From Chiloscyllium plagiosum (taxonomy: Eukaryota): DNA of 64,000 nucleotides. The position numbers and the translations under genes were made by a program. The stretch spans positions 5,544,595 to 5,608,594 of the forward strand of contig NC_057750.1 in assembly GCF_004010195.1 (NCBI RefSeq). Reading direction: 5' to 3'. This document shows, piece after piece, positions 11,516 through 26,699 of this stretch (positions are counted from its first letter, which is position 1; each line of letters opens with the position of its first letter). The notes below the pieces were generated by a model. The model searched no databases. It was not told where the DNA came from and was given only the letters and a program-made list of their open reading frames with translations.

Positions 11516-14329
11516 AACTGAAAGACCTGCAGACATTGTAAGTCAGAAACAGAAATTTCTGGAAAAGCTCAGCAGATTAGGCACCATCTGTGGAGAGAAA
11601 TCAGTGTTAACGTTTTGGGTCATGTGACTCTTCCTCAGCAGGTAAACCGTATTGTGTTTCCCCCACCCTGCTGTCATTTATTGTTGGCTGCAATTCTGTA
11701 AGTTTTAATTTTATTTGCTCATGGGAAGTAGGTGTTACTAGCTGGGCTGACAGTTTTTGCCCATCCCTAACTCTCTCGCCGGTAATTGAGAGTCAAACCC
11801 TTCCAAGTCCATTTTGATTTAGCTCCCTTCATCGCCTCTTCCTCGCCCTTTGGTCTGCATTACCCTTAATGGACTTTGTATATAAATTAATGAATCGAAA
11901 GACACAGTTGTTTCACTGGTGGTGGTTAATGGATGAAAAATACCATGGGTGATTTGGGGTGGGGTGGGGGGTGGGCAGTAAAATGTATCATTCAGTTGTG
12001 TGTTAGAGAACTTCTGGATATTAGAGACAAATTTAAAGAGTAAAGAGCTAGTATTTACTGCACATAAACTGAACAGTTGGAAACATGGATAGTGGTAAAT
12101 AGCTGGAAATTGCCACGGGTTATTTGGTTCCGTTTTGAATTTTTTGAGGCAGCAAAGTGGCTCTATGGTTAGCACTACTGCCTCACAGTGCCAGGGACCC
12201 GGGTTTGACTCCAGCCTTGGGCGAATGCCTGTGTGGAGTTTGCACATTCTCCCCGTGTCTGTGTCGGTTTCCTCCCAGAATCCAAAGATGTGCAAGTTAG
12301 GGTGGATTGGCTGTGCTATATTTCCCATAGTGTGTAGGTTAGGTGCATTAGTTAAGAGTAAATATAAGGTAGGGGGAATGGGTCTGGATGGGTTCCTGTT
12401 CGGAGGGTCGGTGTGGACTTGTTGGGTCGACCGGCCACGCTGTAGGGATCCAATGATATCACTTCCAAATATGAGAGAAAAAGGTCAACCACGTTGCTGA
12501 GACTGAAGTCGCATGTAGATCAGACTAAGAATGGTGGCTTTCTTTCCCTAAAGGACATTAATGAACCAGGTGGGTTTTCTGACAAATAACCGTGCTAATG
12601 CAGCTGCCATCAGGCTAACCTTCTATTGCACTTCCTTTTAAAATTCAAATTTCGCCATCTGCCTTGATGGGGTTTGAACCCATAACCCCACAACGTTGGC
12701 TTTGCCTCTTGAGTCAGGAATCACACCAGCTAATGTTGACCCTGCAACATGTGAATTGGAGAAATGTAGCACAGAACAAGGCCATTTGGCCTGTCCTGTT
12801 CATGCTAGCTCTCTGCCAGCAAGCTTAGTCCTCCTCCCCTACCTATTCCCATTGCCCTATAAATTTTTGTCATTTCTGATAACGATCTAGTTTTCTTTTG
12901 AAAGCCACAGTTGAACCTGCCTCCTCCAAGCTCCTCAGGCAGCACATTCCAGATCTTAACCACTTGGTGCATAAAAATTATTTCCTCATGTCAACTTCGC
13001 TACTTTTGCTATTCTCTATATCTGTTTTCTCTCATTCCCAATCCTTGTACCAACGGGAACAGTTTCTCTTTATCCAGTCTGCCCAGACCGCTCATGGTTT
13101 TGAATACCTCTATCAAATATCCTCTCCATTTTCATAACAGCTCCAACTTCCCAACGTAGCTAAAGTCTCTCATTCTCCAGAGTCATTCTCATGAACCTGT
13201 TCTGCACCATCTCTAAGGTCCTGATATCCTTTCCAAAGTGTAGTATTCAGAACTGGACACAGTCTGTCGCTGCCCCTCCCCCTCCCCCTCTGAAATCACT
13301 AACTGAATTAACCCAGGTTGCAGAGGTCAAGTAAAAATCTCAACGGTCTGATGTGGAAAGGTTGGTGATGTTCCTGTATTTCATGCAAAGAGGAAGGACA
13401 GTATGTCAAATGGCAAAAATGCTTCCTCAATCGATCCGTGAGAAACTACAGTCCCACTTGATTCCCTGTCTGCTGTGCTCCCTCACAGAGAGCTCTGTGC
13501 TTTCTTGGTGCACAGCTGCTGATTTTTAACCCTTACTATGCATTGTACCTTGCATGTTCTCCATTCTGGAGTAGGCCATATGTCGACTATGGGATGGGAC
13601 TCAGGCATCCTGTACAGGCTTGGGGGTAACTTGGGTGGCATGGTGGCTCTGGCCTCACAGTGCCAGAGATCTATGTACAATCCCAGCCTTGGGCAATTGT
13701 CTGTGTGGAGTTTGTCCCCATGTCTGTGTGGGTTTCCTCCAGCAGTCCAAGGATGTGCAGGTTAGGTGGATTGGCTGTGCAAAATTAGGGTGGCACAGTG
13801 GCTCAGTGGTTAGCACTGCTGGCTCACCACACCAGGGACCTGGGTTCAATTCCAGCCTCAGGCGACGGTCTGTGTGGAATATGCTCATTCTCCCTGTATC
13901 TGTGTGGGTTTCCTCGGGGTTCTCCAGTTTCCCCCCACAATCCAAAGATGTGCAGGTCAAGTGAATTGGCCATGCTAAATTGCCCATAGTGTTAGGTGCA
14001 TTTAGTCAGAGTAAATGGAGGGGAATGGATCTAGGTTGTTACTCTTCGGAGAGTTGGTGTGGACTTGGGCCAAATGACCTGTTTGCACACTGTAGGGAAT
14101 CTAAGCTAAGTTGCACCATAGTGTTCAGGGATGTGCAGCTTGGGTGATTGGCCTTGGGAAATGCTGGGTTACAGGAATAGGGTAGTAGGATAGGTTTGGG
14201 TGGGATTCTGTTTGGAGAAGTGGTGGGCCATCTGGCCTGCTCCAAACTGTGAAAAAACAGTACAAAGGAACCTTACCCTACATGCAACTGCTAATCGGGC
14301 ACCAACTTGAATTGAGGGACAGCGTTGTC

Positions 14330-14683
14330 ACCTCTAAGAGGGGCATGAATAGGGTAAATAGGCAAAGTCTTTTCCCTGGGGTCAAGGAGTCCAGAACTAG
14401 AGGGCATAGGTTTAGGATGAGAGGGGAAAGATATTAAAGAAACCTACGGGGCAACTTTTTCACACAGAGGGTGGTATGTGTATGGAATGAGCTGTCAGAG
14501 GAAGTGGTGGAGGCTGGTACAATTGCAACATTTAAAAGGCATCTGAATATATCTGGGTATGTGAATAGGAAGGGTTTGGTGGGGTATGGACCGGGTGCTG
14601 GCAGGTGGGACTAGACTGGGTTGGGATATCTGGTCGGCATGGACCGAAGGGTCTGTTTCCATGCTGTACATCTCTATGACTCT
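14330..14683 (+). mobile_element. CR1 (HER1-like) LINE 3' end
   Basis: ...GMNRVNRQSLFPGVKESRTRGHRFRM... ORF2 C-terminus followed by the 3' UTR ending in ctctatgactct. Confidence 0.85.
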
Positions 14684-17600
14684 AGATGGTTGTGGTTTCG
14701 CGCTCAGTATCTGGAATTCAGTTCAGTTTCAGCTGATGTTCCATCTTGGTGCTGAGGGGGTGCCACACTGTAGGAGCAGCTGCCTTCTGGATGTGACACT
14801 AAGTTGAACCTATTTACATGGATCACACTGCACTGAAGTTTCTGAATGAACAATCAGAAGCACCCAAAGACCACTCACCAAGCATCTTATTATGATTTGT
14901 TAGAGCATACTGTGCAGAAAATAGTTACTGAGAGTACATAGCTATCATTCCCAACAGTGTTGTGGCTGTGCAGTACTCGCAATGTTGTGGATGTGCATCC
15001 ACTCTTAAGAATTTCAACCGTTTGTGAAGGCAGCTCACCACCACCTGCTTGAAGGCAGTTACGGGATGGGGAATAAATGCTGGCTTAGCCAGTGAACAAA
15101 TGTAAAACAAAGCACTGCACTTCACATCAATTTGTTGCAGTTGACATTCTATCAGATGTGCCCTACTTCCCAGCCAATTTAAGATAATTGAAGCTGTAAT
15201 ATTGCTGGTTTATCTTTTTAGTTGATACATTTTTACAGAGGGATCTATTCTTTGCAGACAGTAGGAATAATGTTCAAGCCTTGGATCGGTTTTGAATTAC
15301 TCAGGAACTTGGGGCACCAGTGGCTTCCCTTAAGCTGAGGCATTGGAGAAAACAATCAGAGTCTATTTGTCAACCAATCAGCCTTTACTGTATAACCATC
15401 AGTTAGTGCCAACTCGAGCTGACTATCAATCCAGAGGCTCAAGCTTAAAGCTCTGGGTTCAAATCCCACTGTGGCATTGGATGCAGTTTAGATTCAATTA
15501 ATAAATCACGAAAGCTAGTCTCAGTGATGGGTGATCATGTGAACTGTCATCAAATTGCATCAAAACCCATCTGAATAAGGAGATCCTTGCCTGGTCTGTC
15601 CTCCATGGACTCCAGGCCCACAACAATGTAGTTGACTCATAACTGCCACTTAGTTTGAGGGCATCAAATGCTGGCCTTGCCAGTGATGTCCACATCTCAT
15701 GAGAGGATAAAGAAGCATCATGGTGGTTGCGGGCAATGTGTTGGAAGAGAGTTGGGGTGGCTAGGGCCTCGAGTTCAGTTCCAGCCTCGGGTGACTGTCC
15801 GCGTGGAGTTTGCACGTTCTCCCCGTGTCTGTGTGGGTTTGCTCCAGTTTCCTTCCAAAGATGTGCAGGTCAGCTGATTTGGCCATGCTATATTGCCCAT
15901 CATGTCGAGGGATGTGTAGGCTGGGTGAATAAGCCATGGGAAATGTGGGGTTACAGTAACTGGTTAGCCTGGGTGGAATGCTGTTCAGAGGGTTGGTGTA
16001 GACTTGATGGGTCAAATGGTCTGCTTCCACTCTAGGGATTTTCGAAAGAAATCCTGGACCCTGCACCCCTATGGAAGTCAAATATATATCAGTTGCAACC
16101 TGAGTGCTAGCACTTTAAGCTCTGACTTCAAAGGCTTTGGGTTCAAGTCACACACCAGAAAAATCTATTCCAAGTATTACGTTCTTAGTACAACACTCCC
16201 TCAGTGGTGTACTGTCGTGGGTTCCATCTTTTGGATGAGACATTAAAGTGAGGCAGTGTCTGGTTTGTAGATGGTGTGTGTCTGCTATTTTGAGCAAGAG
16301 GTCTCCTTTAAGTCGGGACCAGTGTTTACATCGCAGTCATTTAAGACAATATATCATTGGGTTGCTGCTTGTGAGATTTGCTGGGCACAAATTGGCAATG
16401 CTCCTAGATTCCCTAAAGTGTGGAAGCAGACCATTTGGCTCATCAAGTCTACGCCAACCCTGCGAAGGGCATCCCACCCAGAACCACCCCATAACCCCAC
16501 ATTTCCTAGCTAATCCACCTAACTTGTACATCCCTGGACACCATGGACAATTTAGCATAGCCAATCCACCTAACTTGCACGTCTTTGGACTGTGGGAAGC
16601 CCACACACACACTGGGAGAATCTGTGTGGTGTTTGCATAATCACCGAAGGGTGGAATTTGAGCGCAGGTCCCTGGTGCTGAGACAGCACTGTGCCACCCC
16701 CACTGGTTGTATCAGGTCATTTCACGAAGGCACCTCAGTGATTGTGAAGTGCTTTGGGAAGGTCTTGAGGTTGTGAAAGGTGCTAGGGGAATACAACTTG
16801 GAGGAGGAATTTGCAATAAAGTGAGCACTATATCGCAAGGAAAGTTGCATTGAATTTTAGATTTCTAAAGGAAGGAGGCTGTAAGTGATAATAGAATTTG
16901 CTGTTTTGTATTTCATTGATTCCTTGGGACAGGAGCGTCACTAGCAAGGCCAGCATTTGCTTCCCCTTGAACTATGTGGCTTGCTGGGGCCATTTCAGAG
17001 TCATTGCTGTGCATCTGGAGTCACATGTAGGTTAGACCGGCAGATTTTTTTTCCTCCTTTTTTTATTTTATTAACCAGTGCAAATTACAAACAAAAAGTT
17101 AACATGAACAGCCATATACAGGAAACAACAATTTACAGGGGAAAGAGGTGCAAAAGCCATTGAGCAGATTTTATTCCTCAAAGAGCATTAGTGAATCAGA
17201 TGGGATTTTAACAATACTCAATCATCATCTGCTTTCAATTCCAAATGTTATGAGTTGAATTCCACAAGATGTTGTGGCATGTGGTTTGAACCCACATTCA
17301 TAGAGTCATAGAGATGTACAGCATGGAAACAGATCCTTCGATCCAACTCGTCCATGCCGACCAGATATCCCAATCCAATGTAGTCCCACATGCCAGCACC
17401 TGGTCCATATCTCTCCATACCCCTCCTATTCATATACCTATCCAGATGCCTTTTAATTGCAATTGTACCAGCCTCCAACACCTCTGGCAGCTTATTCCAT
17501 AATTTTCCCAGATGCACTCCGATGTCCAGCGATACATGAATTCAAACAATAACTGTGCAGGTTCACTGCTCTGTCAGTTAGCAATGTGGGTTTCTCTCTC

Positions 17601-20600
17601 TGTCTCTGTGTCTCTCTCTGTCTCTGTGTCTCTCTCTCTCCCTCTCTCTCTCTCTCTCCTGCACTGACCTCACCATGTGCTTCCTTTATCTATTCTCCCT
17701 TTTAAAAGTGCTGTTGTTCTGACTTTTTTTTTCCAAAACAATGCAACAGCATATAAAACGTTAATTGCTGCTCCTGGAATTCGAGGAAATCACCTCCCAA
17801 CACACAAAACAACCTCAAAAAAGGAGAAGCTGTTACAGCCAGAAATTGTTCCCCTCCTCCATCTTGGATTACCCAGAATCATTCCCAGAGCATTAGCCTA
17901 TGGCTCCCTAATCCAGTGACTCAATCACGACGTCAGCGTTTTCTCTTCTTCATGAGCTCTCAACAGGAATCTGATCTGTCCTTTATAAATCATGCAAGAG
18001 AGGATGGAAGGCATTTTAGCTGAGACAGGTGATTGCAGTAAAAAGAGACAGACCTGAGTAGGGAAATGTGACACTCGATACAGCAAATAAGGTGTAAGTG
18101 TTTCCATCCACAGAAGGGTCACTCACCAGGATTTAGCTGATCGGAAAATGAACCAGAGTCAAGATCAGGAGAGCATATACCATGTGTACTTTTCATCTCC
18201 ACCATTAAGGAAGGATGCATATACATCGGAGACAGTACAGTGAATATTCACTAGATTGGCCTCTAATGTGGTTTTGTCATAGTCATTCAGCTCAGAAACA
18301 GACCCTTCGGTCTAATCAGTCCGTGCCAAATATAATTCCAAACCAGACTAGTCCCCCTGCCTGCTCCTGGCCCATATCCCTCCAACCTTTTCCTCTTCAT
18401 GTACTTATCCAAGTGTCTTTTAGACAATGTAATTGTACCCTTATGCTCAGGAAGATACAGAAGCATGAACACGTGTACCAACAGGTTCAAGAACAGCTTC
18501 TTCCCTACCATTATTAGACTGATGAATGGACACACTAACTTCAAATAATGTTGTTATTGTTGATCGTGCTTTGCACAGGTCTTGTGCGGTTAAGTAACCT
18601 GTATGTCTCACTCTGTCCAAGTTTGATTTGGAGATGCTGGTGTTGGACTGGGGTGTACAAAATTAAAAATCACACAACACCAGGTTATAGTCCAACAGGT
18701 TTAATTGGAAGCACACTAGCTTTTTATAGCAAAAGTGCTATAAATTCTGTGCCTTACAATTGTATCCTCCACAACCACCTGATGAAGGAGCAGCTCTCCG
18801 AAAGCTAATGTGCTTCCAATTGAACCTGTTGGGCTATGACCTGGTGTCGTGTGATTTTTAAACTCTGTCCAAGTTCTATTTGTCACCCTATGATCACCCT
18901 TGATTACTATGATCTGCCTGTACTGCTTGCAAACAAAGCTTCACATATGATTTAGGTGCATGTAACAATAAATCAAGTCAAATCAAGATCATTCCACATG
19001 TGAACCACCCTCTGTGTAAAAAAAAAATTGCCCCTCATGTCTTTGTTAAATTTCTCTCCTCTCACCTTAAAAGTGTGCCCCCTAGTCTTGGAAGCCCCTA
19101 TCCTGGGGAAAAGACAACTGCCATTAACTCTATCTATACCCCTCATTTGTTTAAAAACTTCTATAAAGTCGCCTCTCGACCATCTATGCTCCAGCCCTAT
19201 AATAAGAAGCTGAGTAAATTGTATCTATATTCGCTAGAGCTTAGAAGAATGAGAGTGATTGCATTTGATGCATACAAGAGTTTTTCTTCATTCATGTGTG
19301 TCGCTGGCTGGGCCAACATTTACTGCATATCCCTAGTTGCCCCTTGAGAAGGTGGTGGTGATCTGCCTACTTGAACCACTGCCGTCCATGTACTGCGGGT
19401 ACATTGTGTTAAGAGCTGATCAGGATAGATGCTGAGAGGTTGTTGCTCCCTATCTGGGGAAGGTAGAACACAGGAGCACAGGCTCAAAGTAAGGGGCTAA
19501 TGGTTTAGACTGAGATGAGCAATGGCTTCACACAAAGGGTTGTGAATCTTTAGAATTCCCTACCTTCGAGGATAGTGAGCGCACCATTATTTGAACACTT
19601 TTGAGACTGGGATTGATGGATTTATTGATATTTAAGGGAATCGGGGATTTGAGAAATGGGTGGCAAGGTGAGGTTGAGACAGAAGAACAGCCATGGTCAT
19701 ATTGAATGGTACAGCATGCTCGAGGGGCTGATTGGTCTCCTGCTGCTTCTAATTCCTATATTGTTATAATCTTGTATTTCTTAATCCAGTTGTGGTGATA
19801 CAGGGCAGTGGGAAAAAACAGTAATTTTCAAAAAGATAAGGGATAATACTTGAGGAAAATGTTGCAGGGTGATGGAGAAGGGGCGTGGCACTAATTGGAA
19901 AGATTTCCCAAAGAACCAGCAGAGGTAGGACAGGCAAAATAGCCTCCTGCTGTGATACTTAGACAATAGACAATAGGTGCAGGAGTAGGCCATTCAGCCC
20001 TTCGAGCTTGCACTGCCAGGCAATCTTACTTGCAAGATTCAACGAATGTCTAAATTGTGGTTCATGATATGCAATGATAATTTGAAAACAAATCAGAAAA
20101 TATCTACTACGGATTCATTTTTGTGTGAATAATCCAAACAGTTAATTGTTCTAACAATAAAAGTTGCAAGAACAAGCATAGTAATGAAGGGCCATTCAGC
20201 CCCTTTAGCCTGCTTTGACATACAATCAGATTAGCTGTGATCTTACTGAAACTTTCACTCCATAGTTCCACTGATCACCAATAACTGTTGACTCCCTTGT
20301 CAGTCAAGAATCTATCCACCTCTGTCTCCAAATTTATTGTCAAGTCACATGACATCAGATTATAGTCCAACAGGTTTATTTGAAGTCACAAGCTTTCGGA
20401 GTGCTGCTTCTTTGCCACTTCACCTGACGAAGGAGCAGCGCTCTGAAAGCTTGTGATTTCAAATAAATCTGTTGGACTATAACCTGGCGTCGTGTGACTT
20501 CTGACTTTACCCACCCAAGTCCAACACTCCACATAAAAAAATTATTCACTGGTCCCGTTTCCACCATACTTACAGGGTAAGCGTTTCACAGACTCGCAAC

Positions 20601-21235
20601 TCTTTGCGACAGAGTCACGGTATCTGCAGCTTCTTTGCCTTTGCACAAGCTGATCCAGTGTTTACTTAGCGTGAATTTGACATTCAAGTTTTAGATGGGC
20701 CGATGCCTGGCCTTTGACAGCAGAGTGTTTGATCTGATATAATGTTAATCTTGTGTAATATCAAATCCTGTGAAACTCCCATCTGCAATGCCACAGGGCG
20801 TTTTCAAACATCTTCATCTGTTACACTTCAGCTACTGTTCTGTTGCAAATGCAGAACAGTTCTGCTTAAAAATACAGCTGATAAGCTGACTGGGGAAGCA
20901 GTTAAAATCATTCCCTGTGGAGTGGGAAACAGAGTTCATGCTTCAGGTTGAAGAACTGAAGACAGGTCATCAATCTGAAATATTACCTCTGTTTCTCTCT
21001 CCACAGAGGCAGCCGACCTGCTGAGCATTCCCTGTGTATTCTGATTTCAGATTTACAGCAAATTGCATTGGTCACTATGCTGTTGATTTACTCGAGTATT
21101 ACATAAATGGAGAATGATCCTGGGATTCCAAGGTGCAGAGGGATCTGGTGTTCTAGACCATGAGCCACAAGAAATTAGTATGTTGGTATGTTTTTAGATA
21201 CTAGTACGTACGTAATCAAGGAGGCAGATGGAATA

Positions 21236-21539
21236 TTAGATTAGATTAGATGACTTACAGTGTGGAAACAGGCCCTTCGGCCCAACAAGTCCACACCGAC
21301 CCGCCGAAGCGCAACCCACCCATACATTTACCCCTTTACCGAACACTACGGGCAATTTGGCATAGCCAATTCACCTGACCTGCACATCTTTGGACTGTGG
21401 GAGAAAACCTGAGCACCCAGAGGAAACCCACACAGACACAGGGAGAATGTGCAAACTCCACACAGTCAGTCGCCTGAGGCGGGAACTGAACCCGGGTCTC
21501 TGGCGCTGTGAGGCAGCAGTGCTAACCACCGTGCCGCCC
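21236..21539 (-). mobile_element. Young HE1-like SINE
   Basis: (attag)n tail and full head. Confidence 0.88.
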
Positions 21540-22424
21540 ACAAAGAATGTGGAGAGTCAATAAAAATTAAATCATACAGTTTAAAACTGTGTACAGGAAC
21601 AGAGATGTAAGGGGCTTTTACATGTTTCTGCAGGTAGATGGATAAATTAAGAAAGCTGTTGAGGCGTCTAAAAACCAAAAGAACTGAGGATGCTGTCAAT
21701 CAGAAACAAAAACAGAAGGTGCTGGAAAAGCTCAGCAGATCTGCCAGAATCTGTGAAGAGAAATCAAAGTTAACGTTTTCTTCTGCAGAAGGGTGACTGG
21801 ACCTGAAAAATAAATTCTGATTTCTCTTCACGGATGCTGCCAGACATGCTGAGCTTTTCCAGCAGTTTGTGTGCGTGTATAATGGGACAGTTTCCTTTAT
21901 TACAAACGGAATTGAGCAGGAAAGTAAGGATGTGTCATTTACACAGAGCCTTGTTGAGAATACAGTGTACAGTTATGTAATAAAGAATATAAATGCATGG
22001 GAGGCAATTCAGAGGAGGAGTTTACTAGATTGATAAGTGGTATGAATGGGTTGTGTTAATCATAAAGTCGTACAACATCAAAACAGGCCCTTCGGCCCAC
22101 CACATCTATGCCAACCAAACTACACTAATCCCATTTCCCTGCACTTGGTCCATAGCCTGCTATGCTTTGGCATTTTAAGTGCTCATCCAGATGCATCTTC
22201 AATGTTGCAAGCATACCCACCTCCACCACCCTCTCAGGCAGCACGTTCCATGTTTTCCCACCCTCTGATGAAAAAAGATTTTCTCAGATCTCCTCTAAGC
22301 CACTTCCTCCCTGCCTCAAACTTAACATTTGTGGTCTTAGACACATCTTCGAGGGGCTCTTGTGAGGAAATATTGGACAGACTTCACTGACATTTAGAGG
22401 ACAGAGGAATGATTGATTGAAGTG

Positions 22425-23300
22425 GTTTTGATTCGATTTGGTTTATTGTCGTCATTTGTACCCGAGTGCCGTGAAAAGTTCTGTTTTGTGTGCAGTACAC
22501 AGCATTCAGGGACCTGTAGATGTTTATACAGAGGTGTTAAGAACAGAGTGAGGCACACAAGGTTGTGGCTGCACAGGAGCTGCACAAAAGCAAGGTCAAC
22601 GTTAGATTTGAAGTTAGGGAGATCCATTCAGCAAGGCGAAAGTGAGGACTGCAGATGCTGGAGATCAGAGTCAAGATTAGAGTGGTGCTGGAAAATTGGT
22701 AGGTAGGTCATGCTGAGCTGGCAGGTTGAAACTGGGGTAAGGTGGGGGGGGGGGGAGGGGAAATGAGGAAACTGGTGAAGTCCACATTGATGCCCTGGGG
22801 TTAAATTGTTAGATTAGATTCCCTGCAGTGTGGAAACATGCCCTTCGGCCCAACGAGTCCACAGCAACCCTCCAAAGAGTAACCCACCCCCCTCTAACTA
22901 ATGCACCTAACAACTCTGGACGATGTAACACTTGCACATATTTGGAATGTGGGAGGAAACCCACGCACGTGCAGAGAATGCGCAAACTCCACACAGACAG
23001 TCACCCAAGGCTGGAATCGAACCTGGGACACTGGCGCTGTGAGGCAGTAGTGCTAATCACTGAACCACCCTTCCGAGGCAGAAGATGAGGTGTTCTTCCT
23101 CCAGGCGTCAGGTGGTGAGGGAGTGGCGGTGGGGGAGGCCCAGGATCTGCATGTCCTGATCTCCAGCATCTGCAGACCTCACTTTCACCTAGATCCATTC
23201 AGCAGTCTAATAACAGCAGGGAAGAAGCTGTTCTTGCACCTGCTGGTACGTGTGTTTAAGCTTCTGTAACTTCTGCCTGACAGAAGAGGTTGGAGAATTC
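22425..23300 (-). mobile_element. Rex1/Babar LINE 3' fragment interrupted by a PLE-derived insert (22634-23190) that contains a SINE (about 22808-23070)
   Basis: RSLNTRTSRCKNSFFPAVIRLLN Rex1-type C-terminus; target duplication agatccattcagca at 22620-22633 and 23191-23204. Confidence 0.75.
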
Positions 23301-26300
23301 TTTGAGGCTTGTCCAATTCTCTTCCTGTGGTGGCGGGCTCACTGAATATTTCAACCATGATATGGAGGTGCTGGTGTTGGACTGGGGTGGACAAAAGTTA
23401 CAAAAATCACACAACACCTGGTTATAGTCCAACAGCCACTTCCAAATAAACCTGTTGGACCATAACCTGGTGTTGTGTGATTTTTTTAGCGGAATAGATT
23501 CTTGATATTCACCGGAGCCCGGGCTTATTGGGGTAAATGGGATGGGGAATTTTGAAACACCACCAAACCAGCCACAATCTTGTGATTGGTAGAGCAGGTT
23601 TGAGGGACCAAATGGTCTACCTCTGGTTGCAGAGTTGACCTCTCCTGTTCATAAATAGTCATAATTATCAGGATTTTGTCCTTTTACAACAAAGAGGAAA
23701 AAAAATCCTCTCCAAGGGCATTGTGGATCTACCTACAGCAGTTCAAGAAAGCAGCTCACCCCCACCTTCTTGGGGGGCAACTAGGGACGGGGCAATAAAT
23801 GCTAGGTCCAGCCAGCAACGCCCAGGTCCCATGAATGAATTTTTCATTAACAAATGTGTGGCCCTTAACTTTGCATCAGCTGGTGTACTCCATTAGTCAG
23901 GGCACAAAGGGATCTGTTCATCAAAACTACATTAACCTCAGAACTAAAATCTAAAAATGAAAGCATCACGGGGTTCCAAGTCTGACAATTGCATAGTACT
24001 GGGGCTAGTCCTCTAAGCGTGACTAATCTTTAACTCTCTATTTGGGACAAGATGTTCCCTGAGGTGTGTTCCGATGCGTCATTAAATTTGCCTGTTGGTT
24101 AAAAAGAATGATATTAATCGCGCTGCGGTATCCCAGGACAGTCACCATCGCATTGCGTTAAGCTGGTTACTGATCTCATTGTATGAGGCCATGTCAGCAC
24201 TGTCTTGGACGGTCAGTTTCCCCTGGACAGAGTGCTTTGTTGAGGTCCATGTTTGAACTGTACTGAAGCTCAAACACAGTTCTTATAGGAGTGTCAAAGT
24301 GATGTGACTGACCAGATTTAATAACAGAATAATTCACACATTCAGAACAGAATGACAGAAATACTCACCCATTCCCTGCATACACCTCAGGGCTTGTCTC
24401 AAATGTTGACGCCTTGCCACAAACCTCCAATACTGACCTTTGATATACAGACTGTCTTTAATACCGATGGACTCTCGGCAACCCTTCCAAATAATGGTAC
24501 TCTCTCTGAAACCCGTCAAAAACTGACGCACTCTCATAGATCTCCTTAAACACCCTCTCGGTCACCTTTCTGGGCGAAACACTCGCAGGGACCCTGTATG
24601 TTGCAAAAGACTGGGGTTGCCAACTCAAAGGGGCAGATAGTTTGCAGAAAATGTATTTTTCTGAAGATGAATAGCTGCTGCTGTACAGGTAAATGGGCCT
24701 GAGTGGCTGTAACCAGCTGTCACCAGCCTGTGATGGTTTGTGGGGGAGGCAGAATGTAAATGCAGTTCAAATTTAGTACTGGCCTGCAGCACTCTGGTCT
24801 ATGTGACACATTTTTGAAATCATCTGAGTTGCACATGACATTAATTTGCATGCAAGAGAGCAAGTTGCTCAGGTGACTTCTCAGTCTGACAAGCTGGTAT
24901 CTGTCTTCCTTCCTCACCCTGCCCGCCCTGTCACCCATTAAAGCATCAGCTGCTCTACTCGTGACCTGCCACCCAGGGAGAAGGACAGGAAAATGACTCG
25001 CCATTTTGGCCTCCCTCTCTCCCCATTGCTGTGCCTCGACCGAGGGAGGGAGGGACTGCAAGTGCAGCAAGAGTTAGATCTGAGTCCTCCTGTAGAGGGA
25101 GACCTGTTCACGTTAGCAGCCCAGCTGCAGAGGGGGAAATCGCTTGCTCATTCTCTTCCAGTACGCACTCCGTTCCCCAGAGTGTCTGACTCTTGCCAAA
25201 GTTTAACCCCATAAGGTCCAGGCACCGTAATTCGGAGAACAGGAGTTGGCCATTCAGCCCATCGAGTCTGCCTTGCCATTTAATATTTGTAGCCAGTTTG
25301 TTCAGAGATGTCGTTACATACCATCTGGAGCAGATCGGGCTTGAACCTGGGGCTCCTGGTCCACTGGTAGGGACACTACCACTGTGCCCCACGAGCCCTC
25401 ACACTGCTATTTAATTATTTTTCTTTTGCAACACAGAGAGGTCAGTATTCCATCACCGAATCACCGTTTATATCAGCATAGTGCATGGATTCTGACCAGT
25501 CAGCCCAGAGCCAGTCCCTAAGTGACTACAAATCCTGACATTTCTTTTTAATATATTTTTCCCCCGTACTACCAGCCCTGCTATTTAATGCTCTCATGGC
25601 CAATTGAACCCTTTGATGCTTTTTATTCTTGCTATTCTCATAAACCATTACATTGTCAGTAATCTATCAATCTCTGAAGTTGACTTCACCTTATGAAGGA
25701 GCAGTGCTCCAATAGCTTGTGATTTCAAATAATCCTGTTGGATTATAACCTGCAGTCATGTAACCTCTGACTTTCTTCACCCCAGTTGAACACTGGCACC
25801 TTCACCAATTGGATCCATAATTCAGTGAGGTTTAATTTATCGAGTTCAGTAAAAATGTTTAACTTGTCTGCCACTTCTGTTCCCCAATAGACCTACGTCC
25901 TAGACAAACATATCCTTTTTGCGCCCCGCCAGAACAGTGTTAGTGGGAGATTGCTGTGTGTAAATGGGGCGGCATGATGGCTCAGTAGTCAGCACTACAG
26001 CACCGAAGTCCCAGGTTCGATTCCAGCCTCGGGTGTCTGCGTGGGTTTCCTCCGGGTGCTCCGGTTTCCTCCCACAATCCAAAGATGTGTAGGTTAGGTG
26101 AATTGGCCATGCTAAATTGCCCGCTAGTGTTAGTGTGAGGAGGGAAATGGTTCTGGGTGGGTTACTCTTCGGAGGGTCAGTGTGGACTGGTTGGGCCGAA
26201 GGGTCTGTTTCTACACTGTAAGGAATCTATATCTAAAGTAGCTGCTGCATTTTTAAGTGGCTGCAGAGACTACCCTTCACTGACTGCAAAGTGCTTCGGG

Positions 26301-26699
26301 ACATTGAGAATGTGAAAAGGGCTATAAAAATAGAACATAGAACAGTACAGCACAGAACAGGCCCTTCAGCCCCCGATGCAGACTCTTTCCTTATTTTTTG
26401 GTTTCTTTCCTGTTGGAATTCCTTGTATGTTAGAATAATTGGGAGGCCCATGCAGCTATATGATCTTTAACCACTGAACAAGTGTGGAATTTGTTTCCTC
26501 TACCTCCGACTGGGGACACATTAAATAACAACCGAATCCTGGTTAAGCTGTGCCTTTAGTGACGTGTGTCGGAGTTTCCCCATGACAGAAGCTCTTTCAG
26601 TGAGCCAGTCGCTGCTGCCATAATATTCTTGGACACTGTCCATGCACAGCAGAAGTTGATATATTCTTGACAAAGGCAACCGGACTTTTTCCCAATAAT

